A DNA stretch of 64,000 nucleotides from Deltaproteobacteria bacterium (lineage in GTDB: Bacteria > Desulfobacterota > Desulfobaccia > Desulfobaccales > 0-14-0-80-60-11). A model generated the notes under the pieces. It was not told the DNA's origin and did no database searches. It saw nothing but the letters and a program-made list of their open reading frames with translations. This document shows positions 51,607-61,496 of this stretch, piece after piece. Positions within the stretch are counted from its first letter, which is position 1. Each line of letters opens with the position of its first letter. Position numbers and translations under genes: made by a program. Location of the stretch: assembly GCA_016875015.1 (NCBI GenBank), contig VGSJ01000005.1, forward strand, positions 848 through 64,847, in the 5' to 3' direction.

Positions 51607-54043
51607 TCAGAGCAATAAGGATCAAATGACTCTTTTGCTAAAGGCCAGGCATGTGGCCTCATGGCAACTGCCAAAGCTTGCTGATAATAATACGTTGCCA
51701 TGTACCGCTACTTTGCCTGCTCTTCAAAGGGGAGCGGTATGGAAGCCTGCCCAAGTCGAGGCACTGTGGGATTCACTATTACGAGGTTTCCCAATAGGTG
51801 CCTTCCTGCTCGCCCCATACTATGAAGAACGCGGGAAACAAAGGTTTCGCTACCAGGAATCTATGGATTCACCACTCATTAATAATATCTCTGACTTTCA
51901 TCTCCTTGACGGCCAACAACGATGCAATGGAATCACGCTTGGATTCCTTAATTCATGGATAGCACTGGAGTACAATGTGCCAGCAGCCCTTTGGGTAGAT
52001 TTGATACCTCCTGACCCCCAGGATGAGCGTGGCTTTATTTTCCGTGTCGTGACAAGGTCTCATCCCTGGGGTTACCGACGCAACGACCCTACCCAGCGCT
52101 TGGAAGCGAAACATCGTCGAGCTGCTTTGTCTGCCTACCGGGATGCAAACAACAGTGCGAATTTGGGAAGCCAAGACTATCTCTGCATCGGTCAGGTGAA
52201 TCTTTCGCTGGTCTGGCCATGGGACGCCAAGGCTCCTGTGCCGTTCCCTTTGCTCATCGAAGCAGTCATTTCTGGGAACGACAAAGTTTGGGAACTATTG
52301 CAATCCAAGCTTGGAAACTTGTTGCCTTATTGGTCTGGTGCAGAAGACCTCCCATGCCTCAATGGAAATTGGAAGACTCGGGTTGAAAACCTTCTAAAGA
52401 ACCCAAGTCATCATATGGATCGTATTGTTGAAGGGATAAGGAGAATTGAGGGAACTGGCGAGGAGATCCCTTCAGTTCTTATTCCTGCACTAATCCTTCC
52501 TGAAGAAGTAGTCATAGAACCAATCGCTGTTCCAAGGGAAACAGACCAAGAGGCCATAGAAGATAACCCAGACGTCTCCCTGCAACATGATCCCATCGAG
52601 ACCTTATTTATTCGGGTAAACTCAGCTGGCACACCACTGGTCGGTGAAGAGCTGATCTACTCTATCTTAAAGTCCATATGGCCTGACGCCCAAGGTTTTG
52701 TGGAGTCATTAAGTACCCGTTTCATGACGCCCTCCCGGCTGGTTATGCTCCTCTCGAGACTTATCCTCGCCCGAACGGATACTGGACGTGAGAGGGTTCC
52801 TGCTCCTCCGGATGTGGGCCGGTTCCGGCGGCTGATCCACGGGCGTGATTCCCAATGTCCTGATTTTCGCCAGCGCCTAAAAGAATCCTTAGCAAGGGGG
52901 GAAGCGGAGACGCTATTCAACGTCGCACGGAACTTGCTGGTTGGGACCAAGGCGGATATCCAATATCTGCTTCCACCTGTATTGGCAGCAGATATGGCCC
53001 ACAGGACACCCCCGGAAGCTTTCTTTTTTCTTCTGTCATGGCTTGATCGAATGCAACAGGCAAGCCTCGATCCTCTGAGAATTAGTATAAGCGCACATAA
53101 AAGGATGATAGGAGCCTTAACCGCCCTTAGCTGGTTTGCGAATAAGGCGACCGATTGCCTCAACACATTATGGAGACGCTTAAATAGATTGGAACCGCAT
53201 AATCTTCCTAAATTTTTTTCTAAGGGCGTGCTTAAGTCCTGCATAAGATTGACTGATCGCCGAGAAATACAGCTCTTGCCTTTGGCTCCCCCGGATATTC
53301 TCCAAAGTGCTGTGGAGGAATCGATAACAGAAGCCAGAGGCTATCGGACTCCCAACAGCAATTTCTGGCGAGAATGGAGGTGGTGGGAGCGCTTCTCTGG
53401 GACTTTTAAGTATAAAGAGAGTATGAAAAGCTGGTACTTAGAAAATCTGGCATCCTGGAAGCGCGAAGAAGAAGGTCAAGAAATCATTCTCGATGCCTGG
53501 ACGAAATTGGCTGATGTTCTATGGGGAAAGCGAGAACTGGTCCTTTATGCCCAGCGCAAATATCTGGTGGACTGGTTTCCAAAGCATGATCCAGCAAGTC
53601 CAGATCAATTAGAAGACACAGATCGGCCATGGGACATGGACCACATACATCCCCAAAAATATATATATGGCAGATGGAATATACCGCTTATCATCAAGGA
53701 CTGGCATGGTTCGATTGGAAACTTACGCGCCTGGCCCCTGGAGGCAAATCGTGCTGATGGCGAAGAGCCCCCTTGTAAAAAGCTATCGCAACCAGCAGAG
53801 ATAAAAGAGCATTACGGCCTTACAACAAGCGAACAGGTTCATAAAGCAAGTTTCATTGGTAGTGAATGGCCTCAATGGAAAGAATCTACACCCGCCCAAG
53901 ACTGGTTCCATGCAAACTACCTCGCTAAAACCGAGGAGTATCCTTCATGTCGAGGGGCTTTGATTCAGGCTATCACAGCTAGATGGGTCGCACTCTACAG
54001 AGAGTGGTATGAAACGCTCTTGGTCGGAGATTTATTCGGCTAA
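51599..54043 (+). CDS. DUF262 + DUF1524 (GmrSD-like) type IV restriction-type nuclease
   Basis: GTG start overlapping mcrC by 8 nt. The N-terminus shows LPALQRGAVWKPAQVEALWDSLLRGFPIG and HLLDGQQR (DUF262/ParB-like). The C-terminus shows WDMDHIHPQKY..GNLRAWPLEANRADG (His-Me/DUF1524). Confidence 0.8.
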   Translation: MINQSNKDQMTLLLKARHVASWQLPKLADNNTLPCTATLPALQRGAVWKPAQVEALWDSLLRGFPIGAFLLAPYYEERGKQRFRYQESMDSPLINNISDFHLLDGQQRCNGITLGFLNSWIALEYNVPAALWVDLIPPDPQDERGFIFRVVTRSHPWGYRRNDPTQRLEAKHRRAALSAYRDANNSANLGSQDYLCIGQVNLSLVWPWDAKAPVPFPLLIEAVISGNDKVWELLQSKLGNLLPYWSGAEDLPCLNGNWKTRVENLLKNPSHHMDRIVEGIRRIEGTGEEIPSVLIPALILPEEVVIEPIAVPRETDQEAIEDNPDVSLQHDPIETLFIRVNSAGTPLVGEELIYSILKSIWPDAQGFVESLSTRFMTPSRLVMLLSRLILARTDTGRERVPAPPDVGRFRRLIHGRDSQCPDFRQRLKESLARGEAETLFNVARNLLVGTKADIQYLLPPVLAADMAHRTPPEAFFFLLSWLDRMQQASLDPLRISISAHKRMIGALTALSWFANKATDCLNTLWRRLNRLEPHNLPKFFSKGVLKSCIRLTDRREIQLLPLAPPDILQSAVEESITEARGYRTPNSNFWREWRWWERFSGTFKYKESMKSWYLENLASWKREEEGQEIILDAWTKLADVLWGKRELVLYAQRKYLVDWFPKHDPASPDQLEDTDRPWDMDHIHPQKYIYGRWNIPLIIKDWHGSIGNLRAWPLEANRADGEEPPCKKLSQPAEIKEHYGLTTSEQVHKASFIGSEWPQWKESTPAQDWFHANYLAKTEEYPSCRGALIQAITARWVALYREWYETLLVGDLFG

Positions 54044-54118
54044 GGATCGCGATCATTTTTCGGCAAAATCCAATATCCCGGTAATATGAATTAGAAGCCG
54101 ACTGGGAACCAACCAGGC

Positions 54119-55231
54119 ATGACAAATAATCGTGAGAGCTTCACGCACCTGATGGCTACCAGGCAGATTCGCCTCGAGCATGGCCACATCTTTGCCGTCG
54201 CCCCAGAGCCTCTGGGAACGGACTTTGACTTCGGCCGCATCGAGGGGATGATGTTGGGGCTGGCTATAGGGGATGCCTTGGGGAACACCACTGAATCATG
54301 GTTCCCCAGAGAACGCCGGGCCCGCTTCGGTGAAATCCGTGACTACCTCCCCAATCGTGAGACGGGCGAGAAAAAGGGCCTGCCCTCCGATGACACCCAA
54401 TTAGCCTTTTGGACGTTGGAGCAGATGCAGGAGGACCGCGGCTTTGTGCCGGAGCGGGTGGCGTCCAGGTTCTGCCGGGGCCGAATTTTTGGTATCGGCG
54501 GAACGGTCAGGGAGTTTATCCGCAATTACAAAAACGGTCTTCGCTGGTACCAATGCGGGCCTCAATCCGCAGGGAACGGCGCCTTGATGCGGATCGCTCC
54601 CATGTTAATCCCACACCTCAGGCCGACCACACCTGACCTTTGGATTGACACGGCTCTTTCTGCCATGATCACCCATAACGATTCCGGGTCGATTGCCGCC
54701 TGCCTGTCGTTCATCAACATCCTGTGGCATGTGCTCCGCATGGAGCAGCCACCAGATCCTGAATGGTGGCCCAGAACTTATATGGAGGTGGCCCGGGATT
54801 TGGAGCAGAGCACTTATAGGCCCAGAGGTGGAGCATACCCCAACTTCTGCGGCCATATTTGGCAATTTGTGGAAGAGACTGTAGAGGCCGGCTATGACCG
54901 CGGCCTCTCGGTCCTGGAAGCCGGTGAAATCTGGTACTCCGGCGCCTTCTTGTTGGAAACGGTGCCCTCGGTCCTGTTTATCCTTATGCGTCATGCCCAT
55001 GACCCCGAGGAGGCCATCATTCGGGCAGTGAATGACACCAAGGACAATGATACCATCGCCGCCATCGTGGGGGCTGCGGTGGGTGCCTTGCATGGCCGGC
55101 AGAAAATTCCTGAGCCCTGGCTTAAGAATCTGGCGGGGCGGACTGCGGAACAAGATGACGGCAGGATTTATGAACTGCTGAAGGCGGCCCAAAGCTTCTG
55201 GGGGCAGAGAGAGCACCTTTCGGGAATATAG
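54119..55231 (+). CDS. ADP-ribosylglycohydrolase family protein 1
   Basis: [54 protein letters not shown]. Confidence 0.8.
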   Translation: MTNNRESFTHLMATRQIRLEHGHIFAVAPEPLGTDFDFGRIEGMMLGLAIGDALGNTTESWFPRERRARFGEIRDYLPNRETGEKKGLPSDDTQLAFWTLEQMQEDRGFVPERVASRFCRGRIFGIGGTVREFIRNYKNGLRWYQCGPQSAGNGALMRIAPMLIPHLRPTTPDLWIDTALSAMITHNDSGSIAACLSFINILWHVLRMEQPPDPEWWPRTYMEVARDLEQSTYRPRGGAYPNFCGHIWQFVEETVEAGYDRGLSVLEAGEIWYSGAFLLETVPSVLFILMRHAHDPEEAIIRAVNDTKDNDTIAAIVGAAVGALHGRQKIPEPWLKNLAGRTAEQDDGRIYELLKAAQSFWGQREHLSGI

Positions 55232-56163
55232 TGATGGAAACAGTTGCCCGTTATCGGGGGAGCCTCCTGGGGTTGGCCGTAGGTGATGCCCTGGGTACCG
55301 CGTTGGAATTTCGAGTGCCCGGCACGTTCGCACCCATCGAAGACATGATCGGCGGGGGCCCGTTTCGGCTAAAGCCTGGTGAATGGACCGATGACACCTC
55401 CATGGCCCTCTGCCTGGCAGAGAGTTTAATCGATCGGCGGGGCTTTGACCCTGCCGACCAGATGGCCCGGTACCTTCAGTGGTATCGCCAGGGTTATCTG
55501 AGCAGCACTGGCGAATGTTTCGACATTGGCAATACAGTGAGATCCGCCCTGCTTTCCTATGAACGGACGGGTCAACCCTATGCCGGGTCCACCAACCCCA
55601 GGTCCGCGGGCAACGGCAGCACCATGCGTCTCGCGCCTGTGCCTCTGTTTTTCGCCCGACATCCCGAGCAAGCCATCCACCTATCCGGGGAAAGTTCCCG
55701 CACCACGCATGGCCTGCCGGTTTGCGTTGATGCTTGCAGGTATTTGGGAGCGTTGCTGGTGGGTGCGGTCAACGGGGCCGACAAAGAAGAACTCTTGAAG
55801 GAGCGCTTCAGCCCCGTCTCCGGCTACTGGGAGAGATATCCGCTGTCTCCCCCCATTGACGAGATTGCCCTGGGGTCCTTCAAGCGCCGCCAGCCGCCGG
55901 AAATCCATGGAAGCGGTTATGTGGTCCGTTCTCTGGAGGCGGCGCTTTGGGCTTTATACCACGGGACATCCTTTCGAGAGGGCTGCCTCATGGCGGTCAA
56001 TCTAGGTGATGACGCCGACACCACCGGAGCAGTCTATGGTCAGTTGGCGGGGGCTTTACTCGGGGAGGAAGGTATCCCGGTAAGATGGAGAATAAAACTC
56101 GCCAACCATGATCTTATTTGTTCCCTGGCTGAGGAAGTTTATGCTTTGAGCTTGAGTACTTGA
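55231..56163 (+). CDS. ADP-ribosylglycohydrolase family protein 2 (DraG-like)
   Basis: [59 protein letters not shown]. The start (GTG 55231 or ATG 55234) abuts the ARH1 stop. Confidence 0.85.
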   Translation: MMETVARYRGSLLGLAVGDALGTALEFRVPGTFAPIEDMIGGGPFRLKPGEWTDDTSMALCLAESLIDRRGFDPADQMARYLQWYRQGYLSSTGECFDIGNTVRSALLSYERTGQPYAGSTNPRSAGNGSTMRLAPVPLFFARHPEQAIHLSGESSRTTHGLPVCVDACRYLGALLVGAVNGADKEELLKERFSPVSGYWERYPLSPPIDEIALGSFKRRQPPEIHGSGYVVRSLEAALWALYHGTSFREGCLMAVNLGDDADTTGAVYGQLAGALLGEEGIPVRWRIKLANHDLICSLAEEVYALSLST

Positions 56164-56236
56164 CTGACACCGGTTTGCAGACCGCTCTCTTCTCTGCAAG
56201 AAGGTTCAACAGCGCTCCATAATCCCCGGACCAAAC

Positions 56237-57145
56237 CTAAATAACGTGGATCGATAAATCGAATTCCTTGTAGATCAGCCCCTCCTGGCTGGGCATGCGG
56301 CAGAGCATCTCCGACTCCCAGGTTTCCCGGGAGACCTTGCGTTTGGCGCTGGTGGCGTCCTCGACGGGATAAAAGCCGTCGGCTTCCTTGGCTCTTCCTT
56401 CACAGTCCTCCCACAGCTCGCAGGTCTTGCAGTCCCGGTCTTTGCATTTTTCCATGACGCAAAAAACGCACCATTTATAGACCCGGTAGCCGCTCTCCGC
56501 CGCTTCGGTGATCACCCGGTTCATCAGGCCGTAAGCCTTGTGCATGGTGGAGTAAATTTGCACTGAGGCCCTGATCCCCCTGGCCGACTTGGGTATCAGG
56601 AGGGCGGCCTCATATAGCTCGGGGGCCATTTCATCCACTTCGTCCAGCTTGAGCTTCTGGGGGTGCGGTCCCCGCACGCTTTTGCTGGAGGCGGTAAGAA
56701 TCTGGATATTGGAGCCGTTCACCAGGTGAGTGCGGGTGCGCAGGGCCTCCCCTTCCACCAGGTGCTGGAAGGGCGGAGTGAGGAAGCCTTTGATGTGCTC
56801 ATACATGCGGAGGCTCTGCTCGCCGGAGCCCCCCAGGATTTTGGTCTCGCAGCCCGCCTTGAACACCGAGTCCAACCAGGTCAGCAGGGCGCCGTTTAAG
56901 GTCTTCCCCCCGGAGCGGTTGGCCCAGCAGACGCAGTCCTGGACTTCTTCCAGGAAGGCGGCGGCCAGGTACTCGGCGGGTGGGGTATGGTGGGGGCAGA
57001 CCTTGGCCCGGGGAATCCTGAGCCCCCAGAAGGCCTCAATGAAGTCCAGGAGTTCCTCCGGGTCCTTAAAACCATGGGACCGGTAATGCTCCACCAACCT
57101 CAGGTTTTCCCGGCCATCCATCCTGCCGTGAGAAGAAGGCGACAT
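56237..57145 (-). CDS. Phage terminase large subunit, ATPase domain only (apparently truncated before the nuclease domain)
   Basis: Walker A-like WANRSGGKT and Walker B KLKLDEVDE. It ends ..SEMLCRMPSQEGLIYKEFDLSIHVI, where full-length TerL proteins continue into a nuclease domain. Confidence 0.6.
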   Translation of the reverse strand: MSPSSHGRMDGRENLRLVEHYRSHGFKDPEELLDFIEAFWGLRIPRAKVCPHHTPPAEYLAAAFLEEVQDCVCWANRSGGKTLNGALLTWLDSVFKAGCETKILGGSGEQSLRMYEHIKGFLTPPFQHLVEGEALRTRTHLVNGSNIQILTASSKSVRGPHPQKLKLDEVDEMAPELYEAALLIPKSARGIRASVQIYSTMHKAYGLMNRVITEAAESGYRVYKWCVFCVMEKCKDRDCKTCELWEDCEGRAKEADGFYPVEDATSAKRKVSRETWESEMLCRMPSQEGLIYKEFDLSIHVI

Positions 57146-57158
57146 CGCCGTTTTAAAA

Positions 57159-57626
57159 TCACAGTCCCAGATTTTTTTCTCCCTTGGCCCGGGCCTTCTT
57201 GAGCAGGGCCAGGTATTCTTTCCGGATTTCCGGGTCCTCGAAGGGCAGCCCTTCCTCCACCGCCAGGCGCTCCGGCACTTTGACCAGCACCCCCACCTCC
57301 TGGTAAAGCTGAACGAGCTTTTCGGTGGCCTTGAGCGCGGTATTCAGATACCCCACCTTGACGGCGGTGTTTTCTTCGCACAGGTGAAAATGCCGCATGG
57401 CCTTGGTGCGGATGCGTTCCAAGATTTTCACGGTTTCGCCGAGAATTTCATCGTGGTTCAGGTTCCGGGCGGTGCGGCTGAAGAGCTCCCGGGCCCGCCG
57501 CAGGTAATTCCAGATGCTGCGCTCGGTGACGCCATACATCTGGGCGATCTGGGGCACCTTCATGCCCAACACCTGGAGCTCCTTGACCTCCAGACAGCGC
57601 TCTTCCATCTCATCCCGCTTGGACAT
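57159..57626 (-). CDS. Terminase small-subunit-like HTH protein
   Basis: 155 aa. N-terminal HTH MKVPQIAQMYGVTERSIWNYLRRA. It lies immediately upstream of the terL-like gene. Confidence 0.5.
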   Translation of the reverse strand: MSKRDEMEERCLEVKELQVLGMKVPQIAQMYGVTERSIWNYLRRARELFSRTARNLNHDEILGETVKILERIRTKAMRHFHLCEENTAVKVGYLNTALKATEKLVQLYQEVGVLVKVPERLAVEEGLPFEDPEIRKEYLALLKKARAKGEKNLGL

Positions 57627-57692
57627 GCCTCCCCCCTTTTCCTGAAAAAATTCTTTCAGTGGTTGCCAAGTGTAACCGGAGCACCGAGGACC

Positions 57693-58076
57693 TCATCGTC
57701 TGAGGTCCCCGGGCTTGATGTTCATCTCGGCCATGAACTTGCCGGCGGCCTGCTTTTGCAGCAAAGTCTCGGCCACGTGGTTCAAGCTGCCATCGGGCAA
57801 AATGACCTGGGTCCCTTTCAAGACCTTGAACCCTTCCATCACCGCCACGGGGTGAAGCTGGGTCAGCTCAGCCCAGCCCGGAAAATCAATTTTCGTAGCC
57901 TTCCAGAGCTTTTCGAGGTCCACCTCTTCCCCAGGTCGAGGGGGATGGGGCAGGGTCCGCTTGACCATGGGCCAGGCCGCCGCCAGCCGCATGAGGTTCT
58001 GACTCTGGGCCAAGAGGGCGGCTCCATGAAAATTGTTCGCCGCCCGGGACGGTAAAAGAGCTTCCGACCAATTCAT
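57693..58076 (-). CDS. Hypothetical protein
   Basis: Track ORF 57693..58118. The start was chosen at ATG 58076 (MNWSEALLPS...). Confidence 0.45.
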   Translation of the reverse strand: MNWSEALLPSRAANNFHGAALLAQSQNLMRLAAAWPMVKRTLPHPPRPGEEVDLEKLWKATKIDFPGWAELTQLHPVAVMEGFKVLKGTQVILPDGSLNHVAETLLQKQAAGKFMAEMNIKPGDLRR

Positions 58077-58114
58077 GTTTTTCTCCTTGCTGTTTATCTG
58101 CCGAGAACTGCTGT

Positions 58115-58423
58115 TCACTGATCACCCCTCGGCCTCTCTTTCAAACCGGGATAAAGCTCGGTTAGCAGGTGCCAGTCGCAACTCGCGCACAAATCCCTCC
58201 CCTCTGGGTCAGGGATGAACATCGCCCCTCCGCATTTTTGGCAATAACACCGCAGGAAGAACAACACCTCGTCCCTGCACTCTTTCACCAATTGCAGGAG
58301 AGGCCGCACTTGGCCGGGATCGGGTTGGCCCTGGCCTTCAAAACGCCAGCGCAGCCGCTCCCCCGCAGCTTCAAAGCGATAGCCCAGAGCCGTCAGTTTC
58401 ATCGCCGCTTCCCCGGGTTTCAT
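58115..58423 (-). CDS. Hypothetical protein with a C-terminal zinc ribbon
   Basis: CYCQKCGG...CASCDWH. 4-nt overlaps with both neighbouring genes. Confidence 0.5.
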   Translation of the reverse strand: MKPGEAAMKLTALGYRFEAAGERLRWRFEGQGQPDPGQVRPLLQLVKECRDEVLFFLRCYCQKCGGAMFIPDPEGRDLCASCDWHLLTELYPGLKERPRGDQ

Positions 58424-60960
58424 ATCTCGCCCTCCAGGAGGTCGTCCTCCGCCGATATAGAATATGTAGGGAATTTAGCGTCCGAAGCGTCCTTAGCGTC
58501 CATCTCCCCGATTTTCCTATCTTTATCCCTGGGCGCTTCTTTTTGCGAAGCGTCCGGGTGGGTGGCGGAAGCGTCCAAGTTGGGGGAAGCGTCCACGGAA
58601 GCGTCCGGCGGATTTACAGATTCCTCCTGCCCTTGGGCGCTGTGGGCGCTCCGGACGCTTTTTTCACTGCCCTTTCTAATTGTTATCTTCCGGTCGCCTG
58701 ATTTGGAAAATTCTACCTCCAGCCCCACCTTCCGGAGAAAGGTGGAAGCCCGCTTCAACCGGTTGGAGAGGATGTGGGCCGCTTTGGGCCAAACCTTGCT
58801 TCGCTTAGTGGATTCCGGGATGAGTGCCTCCAGAGCCTCCAGCAATACTGAGGCATTTCCTACCCAGGAATCCCTTTCAGCCATGAGTAGCCGAACAGCC
58901 ACCGCCACCTGGTCAGCTTCCAGGCTCTGCTCCACCACTGCACTGCGGTTGCCGGTATAGGCCTCCAGAAAACTTCCTGACGGCCACCCCAGAACAGGCT
59001 CGGCGGCTGTGACCCAGATGGCAAAGTCGGCCATGCGTGGCAGGGCGTCAAGGCGCACCTGATCATGCTTCGCTAGGCATCCAACTACCGCGTCAAAAAG
59101 GGCTCCCAAAATGCGGGGTCTGGCTTTCTCAAATTCTCGCCAGAAGGTCTTCTCTGGGAGCCTGTCTTCATCCTCTATTTGAGGGAGGTCGATAATTACG
59201 GCCCGGTCGGCCAAGTCTTGCTTGGTAACCAGCGAAGTGATGCCGTTAAGAACTATAGGGCGCATGGACTCGAAGAGACATTCCTCGACGTCGGTGTAGA
59301 GCTCTCTCGTTCCGAATCCCCCGCCGGTGGATAACCGGCAGAAGGCATCCGTCACCCAGTCCGGCAGGGTGCTCAAGTTATCAAAAGTGAGGCACCATGA
59401 GTTATTGGCGGCGATCATTAAATCCCGAACCTCTTTGGGGACGCTCCGCAGAGGCGCCGTGCTGGGATCAAGAAGTAATTTCAACAACCTGGCGGCCGTA
59501 GTCTTCGCTGCTCCCTGCTCACCCTGAAGCGCCAGTATGGGAAAGGGGCCCGGGGAGAAAGCGGCGATCAGGATGGCCACGAACAGGCGCCAACACCTCT
59601 CCGACTTGACATTTAAAAACCGCCGCAGTTCTTTTAGGCTGCCACCCCGCTGGGGGAGAGGCAACGCTGCCATCCCCTTGGAGCGGCGGAATTTCACCGG
59701 TGGGTTGGCAACTACGTGCCATCCTTGCGCGGTGATTTTTACCGCTTCCCAGGTGGGGGTGCCCAGGTCAACAAAGACAGCCTCCGGGGTGTGAGCCACT
59801 CGGACGTGAACCGACAATTCGGGGCCATCGAACAGGGCACGGGATTCCAGGACTCCCAGGGCATCCTGCAGGGCCTGGGCGTTGGGAGCCTTGTTTTTAA
59901 AGGTCTTGTAGAATCGCCCCCTCAACCAAAGGCGAAATCCCTTCGACCGCACCGGCCAAGTCTCCCGGTGATCATCGACCGGCACCGTTACATAAGCGGT
60001 CTTGTCGGGGGTGTGAAAAAACTCTGCGTCTGCGGCCAAGCCGATAAGGAGCTCGGACTGGGTGGGCTTGGCATCTCCGGTGACAGGCTGCTCCTGGTCT
60101 GCCGGTGAATTACACTCAGATGTCGACTCTATGAGAGCCAGTAGCTGCTCTTTGGTTCCACCGCGCTTGAGCCATTCGGAGATATCGCCTTTCTCGGGGA
60201 GGTCCGGGAGTTCCACCACCTTCACGGTCGCCGCGATGCCGTGAAGGTGCCGGGCCACGTCCTGGGCGTGTTTACGACCCGGCTCGTCGTTGTCGGGGAT
60301 GATGACGACCTGTTTATCCTTGAAGTGTTTATTGTAATCGGCCCGCCACTTTCCGGCGCCCTGAGGGTTGCAGGTGCTCGTTAGGCCAAACTCAACCAAG
60401 GTGTCGCAATCTTTCTCTCCCTCAGGGATAAGGACCATCTCGGCCTTGAGCACCTCCAACAACCGGTAGGGTACCAGGACCACACCGTCCAGGTTGTTGA
60501 CCCATCCACCCTTAGCGTCTGGCCGGCGTTGGAAGAAGCCCTTGGGATGAGTCCGGCAAACCTGAAATACCAGGACGCCATCTTCATCGCAGTAATCGTA
60601 GGTCTTAACAATTTGGGGTGCCGCCTTACCTTCCTTCTTTCCCCGCCGCCGACCGTTCCCCCTGGCATTCTCTATGCCCGCCTCCTGGGCCAGGATGTCG
60701 AGTGCCCCTTTAAAATCTGTGTCGTATTTTTTCCTGATGAAGGTGAAGACATCCCCCTTGGCGCTGCAAGCCTTGCAATTCCACAGGCCGGTCTTCAGGT
60801 TGAGTGATAGCGAGGCCTTGGTGTCTTTATGGAAGGGACACAGCCCCAGGGCCTGGTCGCCCCTTCCATTCTTCAACTCACCCAGCTCCTTGTGGTAGAG
60901 GGCTCGGATGTCGAGGTGGGCGAGGATTTCAGCCTTTAAATCCATAGTAATCTCGGCCAA
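58420..60960 (-). CDS. Primase-helicase (CHC2 zinc finger + Toprim + P-loop NTPase), P4-alpha-like architecture
   Basis: CPFHKDTKASLSLNLKTGLWNCKACSAKGDVFTF (CHC2), VLIPEGEKDCDTL and VVIIPDNDEPGRKHA (Toprim), LQGEQGAAKTTAARLL (Walker A-like). Confidence 0.8.
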   Translation of the reverse strand: MAEITMDLKAEILAHLDIRALYHKELGELKNGRGDQALGLCPFHKDTKASLSLNLKTGLWNCKACSAKGDVFTFIRKKYDTDFKGALDILAQEAGIENARGNGRRRGKKEGKAAPQIVKTYDYCDEDGVLVFQVCRTHPKGFFQRRPDAKGGWVNNLDGVVLVPYRLLEVLKAEMVLIPEGEKDCDTLVEFGLTSTCNPQGAGKWRADYNKHFKDKQVVIIPDNDEPGRKHAQDVARHLHGIAATVKVVELPDLPEKGDISEWLKRGGTKEQLLALIESTSECNSPADQEQPVTGDAKPTQSELLIGLAADAEFFHTPDKTAYVTVPVDDHRETWPVRSKGFRLWLRGRFYKTFKNKAPNAQALQDALGVLESRALFDGPELSVHVRVAHTPEAVFVDLGTPTWEAVKITAQGWHVVANPPVKFRRSKGMAALPLPQRGGSLKELRRFLNVKSERCWRLFVAILIAAFSPGPFPILALQGEQGAAKTTAARLLKLLLDPSTAPLRSVPKEVRDLMIAANNSWCLTFDNLSTLPDWVTDAFCRLSTGGGFGTRELYTDVEECLFESMRPIVLNGITSLVTKQDLADRAVIIDLPQIEDEDRLPEKTFWREFEKARPRILGALFDAVVGCLAKHDQVRLDALPRMADFAIWVTAAEPVLGWPSGSFLEAYTGNRSAVVEQSLEADQVAVAVRLLMAERDSWVGNASVLLEALEALIPESTKRSKVWPKAAHILSNRLKRASTFLRKVGLEVEFSKSGDRKITIRKGSEKSVRSAHSAQGQEESVNPPDASVDASPNLDASATHPDASQKEAPRDKDRKIGEMDAKDASDAKFPTYSISAEDDLLEGEI

Positions 60961-60965
60961 ATCTC

Positions 60966-61229
60966 TTAGTTGTTGGTACCAAGGCTATCCACCAGGTTCT
61001 CCAGGTCACGCCTTTTAAATAACGGCCTGCCGGACAGCCGCACCGGACGGAGGGGGAAGCTACCGTCCGACAACCGATTGCGCAGGGTCTTCTCGGCCAT
61101 GCCCAGGAAAGCCGCGGCCTGTCGTATAGTAAGGAGGGCGCGGTCCCGGGCCTTCAGATCCTCCCGAAGCTGGCGAACCTCCTCTAAGATGGAAGAAAGA
61201 GTCGGTTCATGGTGCTGCCTATTCCGCAT
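60966..61229 (-). CDS. Excisionase/AlpA-family HTH DNA-binding protein
   Basis: Start ATG 61229. LLTIRQAAAFLGMAEKTLRNRLSDGSFPLRPVRLSGRPLFKRRDLENLV is the excisionase-family HTH pattern. Confidence 0.7.
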   Translation of the reverse strand: MRNRQHHEPTLSSILEEVRQLREDLKARDRALLTIRQAAAFLGMAEKTLRNRLSDGSFPLRPVRLSGRPLFKRRDLENLVDSLGTNN

Positions 61230-61413
61230 CGTGGAAGAGCTCCCCTTCTGAAACCCGAAGCTTTTGTGCCAAGGCCCGACGCAATTCCGGGGAAGGTTCG
61301 TGGCGCCCGCGGACGATCTTCGAGAGCAGTGACTCCGAGACCTTGAGGTCCCGGGCAAGATCGCACTGCGTCGGATACTGTTTGAGAATCTCGACCTTCA
61401 ACCTAAGGTTCAT
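61219..61413 (-). CDS. XRE/Cro-type HTH regulator
   Basis: MNLRLKVEILKQYPTQCDLARDLKVSESLLSKIVRGRHEP. The start is uncertain (61413, 61449 or 61497). Confidence 0.65.
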   Translation of the reverse strand: MNLRLKVEILKQYPTQCDLARDLKVSESLLSKIVRGRHEPSPELRRALAQKLRVSEGELFHDAE

Positions 61414-61496
61414 CGTATTCTCCCCAAGGACGATGTTGTTTTGAGCCATGTCGATATTTTTATAATCGACTAAGTGAAAAAAAAATTCCTCTCCCA

